The notes under the pieces: model-generated
What the model was told of the DNA's origin: nothing
Database searches by the model: none
Seen by the model: the letters and a program-made list of their open reading frames with translations, nothing else
Program-made: the position numbers and the translations under genes
IMG/VR virus record: IMGVR_UViG_3300049847_000663
Location: 15,821 to 79,820 of that record
Reading direction: 5' to 3' (one strand)
DNA: 64,000 bases
Source of the DNA: a virus
Shown here: piece after piece, positions 60,301-64,000 of the stretch
Position numbering within the stretch: position 1 is the stretch's first letter
Layout of the letters: every line of letters starts with the position of its first letter

Positions 60301-61622
60301 TCGTACCAAAGATAGTAAGTACGATTATCGTTAGTAAAAAATACACAGTAACGACCATCAAGTTCGGAAGGGATTGATCCTATATAAGAAGAAAAATCAA
60401 ATTTTTGTGTTGTTTTTGTTGTATCGTACCAAACATAATATTTATGATTATCTGATGCACTATTGATTAAAAAATATCTACCATTAAGATTAGTTGGTAT
60501 TGTTCCGCTATATGCAGTAAAATTAAATCGAGCTTTTTCTTTAGCCCCAACAAAAGTATAAGTATTGGTGATTAAATTACTAGTTATTGTAATAGAAGAA
60601 GTGCCTGAAATTAAATCTTCTACTCCAAGAAATGCTATTGATTTATTTGCGCGAGCTTCTGTATTTGCATAAAATACTGTATTTTGAAACATCGCGACAT
60701 CTTTAGCTAGAGGAGGCGGCTCATTAGCCTGGCCTATTCCTTCACCAGAAGATGGATTTGTATAAAGAGGAAGTCCATTTTGTCTAAAGTCTTCTGGAAA
60801 AACATCAGTAATTTCAACTTCCTTCGCTACTAGTTGTGGATTTGTGGGGAAATCTTCTAAAACCAGATTCATTTCGTCGCCCGGATCTATCTCATCAATA
60901 GTGAGGCTTCCAGACGCGGTGAATACTCCAGTTCGATAAACTTGATAATAATAGTTTGATGTTAGTCCGTTTGGAATTGTGAAGTATAGATTTACGTTAG
61001 CATAATCGGTGCTATAATTTGTAATAACAAAACGACTAGAAGGAGATCCTAAAATGACATTATTATTTACGTCGGTGTATCCCCAAACTATTCTATAAGC
61101 GACTTTACTATCAGGAGGAAGAAATCCCTCGGTATCGAAGTTTAATTGAGCAGTAAGATCTAGAGCTTTAAACGCACCGGCATCGACAATAAATCCAGGA
61201 GCTATAGTAAATTGAGCGGCAGTTTTTGCTGCTATTTTTTTAATACCATCGGCTGTTGTAAGATATAAATTTTTATTTGATTCAACTGCGCGGATTCTTC
61301 GCCCTTGTTGAGTTTCTTCATAAACTCCATCGAAAGGTAAAAATAATCCATTGTTTTCAGAACTTGAAGGAACTGAATTGTAAAGCAGTTTATCGTTATA
61401 ATGAACTAATAAACGTTTTTTATAAGCTAAAAGCTGTTTAGCCACGTCAGTACTATCGTTACCAAAGGAATTACCATATTTAGCCATTCCTCGACGAGGT
61501 TCAATAACGTCATCTCTATTAATAACAACGTCGTCAGCAACAACTAAAGCACCTTCAGGAACCGCAGATATGAGGTTCGGATCTAAAAAAAGCCCCTTAG
61601 CTTTCAACGTTGTTTTTTGCAT
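57324..61622 (-). CDS. Tail tubular/nozzle-like (stabilisation) protein with inserted repeated domains
   Basis: N-terminal PEGALVVADDVVI...PRRG, NRLYYSKLQQPEAVP propeller-like motifs; position after the adaptor-like gene. Confidence 0.7.
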   Translation of the reverse strand: MQKTTLKAKGLFLDPNLISAVPEGALVVADDVVINRDDVIEPRRGMAKYGNSFGNDSTDVAKQLLAYKKRLLVHYNDKLLYNSVPSSSENNGLFLPFDGVYEETQQGRRIRAVESNKNLYLTTADGIKKIAAKTAAQFTIAPGFIVDAGAFKALDLTAQLNFDTEGFLPPDSKVAYRIVWGYTDVNNNVILGSPSSRFVITNYSTDYANVNLYFTIPNGLTSNYYYQVYRTGVFTASGSLTIDEIDPGDEMNLVLEDFPTNPQLVAKEVEITDVFPEDFRQNGLPLYTNPSSGEGIGQANEPPPLAKDVAMFQNTVFYANTEARANKSIAFLGVEDLISGTSSITITSNLITNTYTFVGAKEKARFNFTAYSGTIPTNLNGRYFLINSASDNHKYYVWYDTTKTTQKFDFSSYIGSIPSELDGRYCVFFTNDNRTYYLWYDATGTTPDPSLNDTTLAGYLGIRVNISSGVNNVTQLANATSLALTNGNIFNDYDVVYTSGNSYVEIETDAFPEDSVTPSENIGRGFFYTLTTPTNSDPKNVPNADVVGRIGFKVSIARNITTKAQLADATAAAIIDQDSALDFNVEYTSGNQYLDIENSNNGNCEDPHDSLINGIGSGFAITILNQGDGEDKVLLHVLLSAAASPAQQIDETARSLVEIINSNANEVVNAFYISGPNDLPGQISLQSKDIGLNTFSITANSAATGGSFNPPLPPVTNAEPVIGEAEIKPNRLYYSKLQQPEAVPLLNFIDVGSEDEEISRILALRESLFILKTEGVYRLTGLNGNFVVDGFDRNCKIISPDTAVVLNNNIFCLTSQGVAQISDTGVQIISKPLDIEFKKITSSNYDFQFTSFGVSYENDRSYLLFVPTYDTDTVATQCFRWNVYTQTWTRFMQTAKTCGIVNSADDKLYLGAGDENFIERERKNFNRTDYADREFLTTITGDGVDGKKITLAQVGLASNGDALVQQQYIKIYEYNKVLKQLDLDPYIGSKEVTEIDFSSYTGSIPNDLHGKYFFLYSASNTNKYCIFYDAFGNLPSLNPNVDTDVMGSTQVRVDISSSNSTSQLASLTKTAIQGTTTDFVINYTPGSSLFTTTTVKSGNTTDASQSILHPISNGFSLAVLVQGYGDYFSSLAAVPGNNMKDKIDQLAIKLDNDPNIVQTDFLTSLNNYSGTGATSTSGNPTIITYTNHGLQTGRVVTITNSTNFIDGQYVVTRLTANTFSIPISTSIIGTLDFSSPITTSYEVQGGFNCIVNKLNNDAGPLFANYQLSEGYEDVEALITLAKSNSNIIEIDYETAFVQGTITLYQGIVSQIIYAPEVFGDPSMLKQVREGTVMFENCTFSRGVVGYRSDISPGITQIPFSKSGKGDWGSFVWGQQNWGGGFSGVPLRTYIPYDKQRCRYIQCFFQHTSAREAWAIFGISYTLRQISERAYRG

Positions 61623-61639
61623 TTAAATCACCTAATCTG

Positions 61640-62587
61640 TTATCTTCGGTAGTAAAAGCGACCAAAAGGATTTCTTAAAAATCCAAATCTATTTCGTACT
61701 TTCTTAGGAGCGTTTGTGACGCGGTTATCAATCAGATATCCACCGTCATCTTTCATTTGTTGCAGCTTAACCATAGCATTTTTAAGACCTTCAGAATCCC
61801 CTTGAGATTCCATCAATCGACACGCAACCATTTGAGCGAGCATGGCGTGAAATTCTTCCGGTACTTGAGGAATGCTGGCTTCGTTAGAAAGGGCGATATG
61901 ATCCCCAACGTCGATTTCCTCGGGAATAGATTCAACTGTAATTGTATTAGTTGTTGTATTTAAAGACAAAACATTAAAATCAATTTTTACTACGTTAAAA
62001 GGAGAAGACGCTTTGTAAAAATCGTAAGTTTGTTGTGTGGTAAATACTTCAGGAATTTGATCTACAACAATAGTGTTATTAGTTCTATTAATTGAAGAAA
62101 TTACACCAACTCTATCCTCTAATACTAATTGAGAAGGACGAATGTAAATAACAAAAACTAATTTATAATTACTATAATTAATGTTATTATTACCAAGAAA
62201 AACAACTTTATTATTTTTAATATAAAATTGATTTAAATAGTAGAATGCTTGTCCGTATTCATTTCCAAATCTATCGCCGATTGAAATGCGAGTAAGTTCT
62301 CGGTAATTGCCCGAGCTATCTTTTAACTGAAGATCTTTTAACTTAACACCAGCGGCTCTTGATGGAATTGGGTATTCTAATTGTCCGTTAACAAAAGGAA
62401 CTTCTACCTCAAAAAGAAAATAGTCTTCATTCGCCAGTAAAATATATGGCGTAAGAGTTAAACGCATTTCTTCTGTAGCAAAATCTAAAAATCTTAACTT
62501 AGTAAATGTATCTTGATTAACAGGAACGTGAGACCTGTTCTCAATAGATTGAATTAATTTACTAGTATTCATTCCATCGCTGGACAT
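61640..62587 (-). CDS. Head-tail adaptor/tail tubular protein A-like
   Basis: GQLEYPIPSRA and PQVPEEFHAML motifs; position before the nozzle-like gene. Confidence 0.6.
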   Translation of the reverse strand: MSSDGMNTSKLIQSIENRSHVPVNQDTFTKLRFLDFATEEMRLTLTPYILLANEDYFLFEVEVPFVNGQLEYPIPSRAAGVKLKDLQLKDSSGNYRELTRISIGDRFGNEYGQAFYYLNQFYIKNNKVVFLGNNNINYSNYKLVFVIYIRPSQLVLEDRVGVISSINRTNNTIVVDQIPEVFTTQQTYDFYKASSPFNVVKIDFNVLSLNTTTNTITVESIPEEIDVGDHIALSNEASIPQVPEEFHAMLAQMVACRLMESQGDSEGLKNAMVKLQQMKDDGGYLIDNRVTNAPKKVRNRFGFLRNPFGRFYYRR

Positions 62588-62631
62588 TGTAAAGTCTCCT
62601 CAATAAAGTTAAAATGTACTGAAGAGGAAAA

Positions 62632-62937
62632 TTACATTTCTTCGTCTTCGAGTTCTTCCTCGTCTGAATGTGGAGCAAGATCCATACCCAGTTTATGATC
62701 AGCAAGAACGTCTTCAGCTTTTTCTAAGCCTTTTTTAAGACCTTCTTTATCTGGTGCCATAACCGAAACTTTTTGCATTTCGCGAGCATGACCGTCATCT
62801 TCTGGAGATTCCATGTCAGAAGCCATGATTTCATCCATCTGTTTAATTAGTTCTTTTAATGCAGCAAGTTTACCGCTTTTTTCTTGTTTTGGCATTGCTT
62901 CGGCTTGCATTAGTTTTTTCATTAGTAAGTCTTTCAT
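62632..62937 (-). CDS. Hypothetical acidic late protein
   Basis: ORF with an AAGGAG RBS. Confidence 0.6.
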   Translation of the reverse strand: MKDLLMKKLMQAEAMPKQEKSGKLAALKELIKQMDEIMASDMESPEDDGHAREMQKVSVMAPDKEGLKKGLEKAEDVLADHKLGMDLAPHSDEEELEDEEM

Positions 62938-63112
62938 TTTTATTTTCTCCTTTTAAAAAATGAATTTAATTGCAATTATAATTAATGTACTAACATAAGA
63001 AAGTACATATAAATGTTTAACTTTTTTCTCTAACATCTTTACCCGTTTATCTAATTGCTCAGATTCACTCGGTGGTGCTAACTCTAAATCTGGAAATCTA
63101 AGTCTCGCCATA

Positions 63113-64000
63113 TTATACGTTTGTTACCACGGCGCGGAATTTAATTGTTCCAGAAACAAATCCAGCGTAGCTTGATGAAGTATATTGAATTTGTCCAGCA
63201 TTAGTTATAGTAAAAGAAACTCCAGAAGTATCTCCGGTAGAATCATAAGATAAAGACCAGTCTGATCCACGTTGAACACCTAAAAGTTTAAATGTTTCAA
63301 AAACATCACTTGTCGCATCAACTGAAACTGACACTAAAGCATCAAAACTTCGAACTGACGCATTAGCAAAGGCGAAACCTGTCACATCAGCTGGGGATGC
63401 TTGGTTATTAGCTAAACTAAAGGAAGTTTGAGCTATATCACCCGGAGATCCTCCACTGCTAACAGCAGCATCGACGTATGCTTTAGTTGCAGCATCTTGA
63501 GCACTTGTTGGATTAGTTACATTTACTATTTTTGTGGAACTTGCATTTATTTGACGACCATTTAGAATTATGTCACCACGAGTTCCGCCGGTAGAGGTAC
63601 CTGTTTGAAAAGTAATAGACCCTGAATTTCCGGTGCCCGCCGATTTATTTCCCGATTCTATATTTATACTATCTGTAGGATTGGCGTTTGCTGTTGCGTC
63701 ATTTGGTGAAAAAAGAGCAAATCTGCGATTAGTAGTGTTATTAAATGAATTTAAATATACATTAGTGTCAGCACCTGATGGAAGTGATATTGCCGAGCTA
63801 GAACTAGCCTTAACATCCATTAAAGGATTTTCTGACGGATCTTGAAATTGTAAGAGTCCGTTATTTTTTAAATAAACTTCTCGACCAAATAAATATCTCC
63901 ACAAATTAGTATTAGAGTTTGCTCCCAATGCTCTATTTGCTGAATCTGGTATTAAGCTCGCGTTAATTGAAGTTGTGCCTAAATTATTAAGCGTAGTTGA
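63113..64000 (-). CDS. Tail-fibre-like protein, C-terminal part; start probably beyond the window
   Basis: NVTNPTSAQDAATKAYVD fibre motif; the frame appears open to the window edge. Confidence 0.6.
   Translation of the reverse strand, partial: STTLNNLGTTSINASLIPDSANRALGANSNTNLWRYLFGREVYLKNNGLLQFQDPSENPLMDVKASSSSAISLPSGADTNVYLNSFNNTTNRRFALFSPNDATANANPTDSINIESGNKSAGTGNSGSITFQTGTSTGGTRGDIILNGRQINASSTKIVNVTNPTSAQDAATKAYVDAAVSSGGSPGDIAQTSFSLANNQASPADVTGFAFANASVRSFDALVSVSVDATSDVFETFKLLGVQRGSDWSLSYDSTGDTSGVSFTITNAGQIQYTSSSYAGFVSGTIKFRAVVTNV

Noticed and set aside
1-64000. Genome-wide stop-codon reassignment (TAG or TGA)
   Set aside because: Long genes (PolB, RNR, 1432-aa tail protein) are uninterrupted in the standard code, and TAG and TGA end genes with tight coupling. 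Only one internal TAG was seen.

Overview
A 64-kb, AT-rich, gene-dense segment of a lytic-looking podovirus-type dsDNA phage in the standard genetic code. No integrase, CRISPR array or major capsid gene is visible. Minus-strand virion and packaging genes lie at both ends: TerL, portal and two repeat-built fibre-like proteins at 1-9.2 kb, and ejection-type proteins, a 1432-aa tail nozzle-like protein and an adaptor-like protein at 49.9-64 kb. The plus-strand arm (9.4-50 kb) holds many small early genes, a MoxR-type AAA+/VWA-metallopeptidase module with two paralogous partner proteins (one carrying an 18 x 12-bp coding array), recombination and replication genes (PD-(D/E)XK nuclease, ERF, primase-helicase, PolB), nucleotide metabolism genes (UNG, intein-containing class II RNR, ThyX, dUTPase) and several exported hydrolases. 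The most notable signals are non-coding. (1) Five sigma-28/FliA-type promoters (TAAAGTTT-N11-GCCGATAA-like) cluster at the start of the early region, alongside sigma-70 promoters in the middle region and a phage-specific TTTAACAA(A/G)TA motif before late genes. This three-tier programme suggests a host whose infectable state is FliA-dominated, for example an attack-phase Bdellovibrionota predator (inference). (2) A non-canonical tRNA is followed by a ~207-nt structured RNA with its own promoter. (3) There are families of micro-ORFs below the ORF-track cutoff. All product calls come from motif recognition by eye; no database searches were run.
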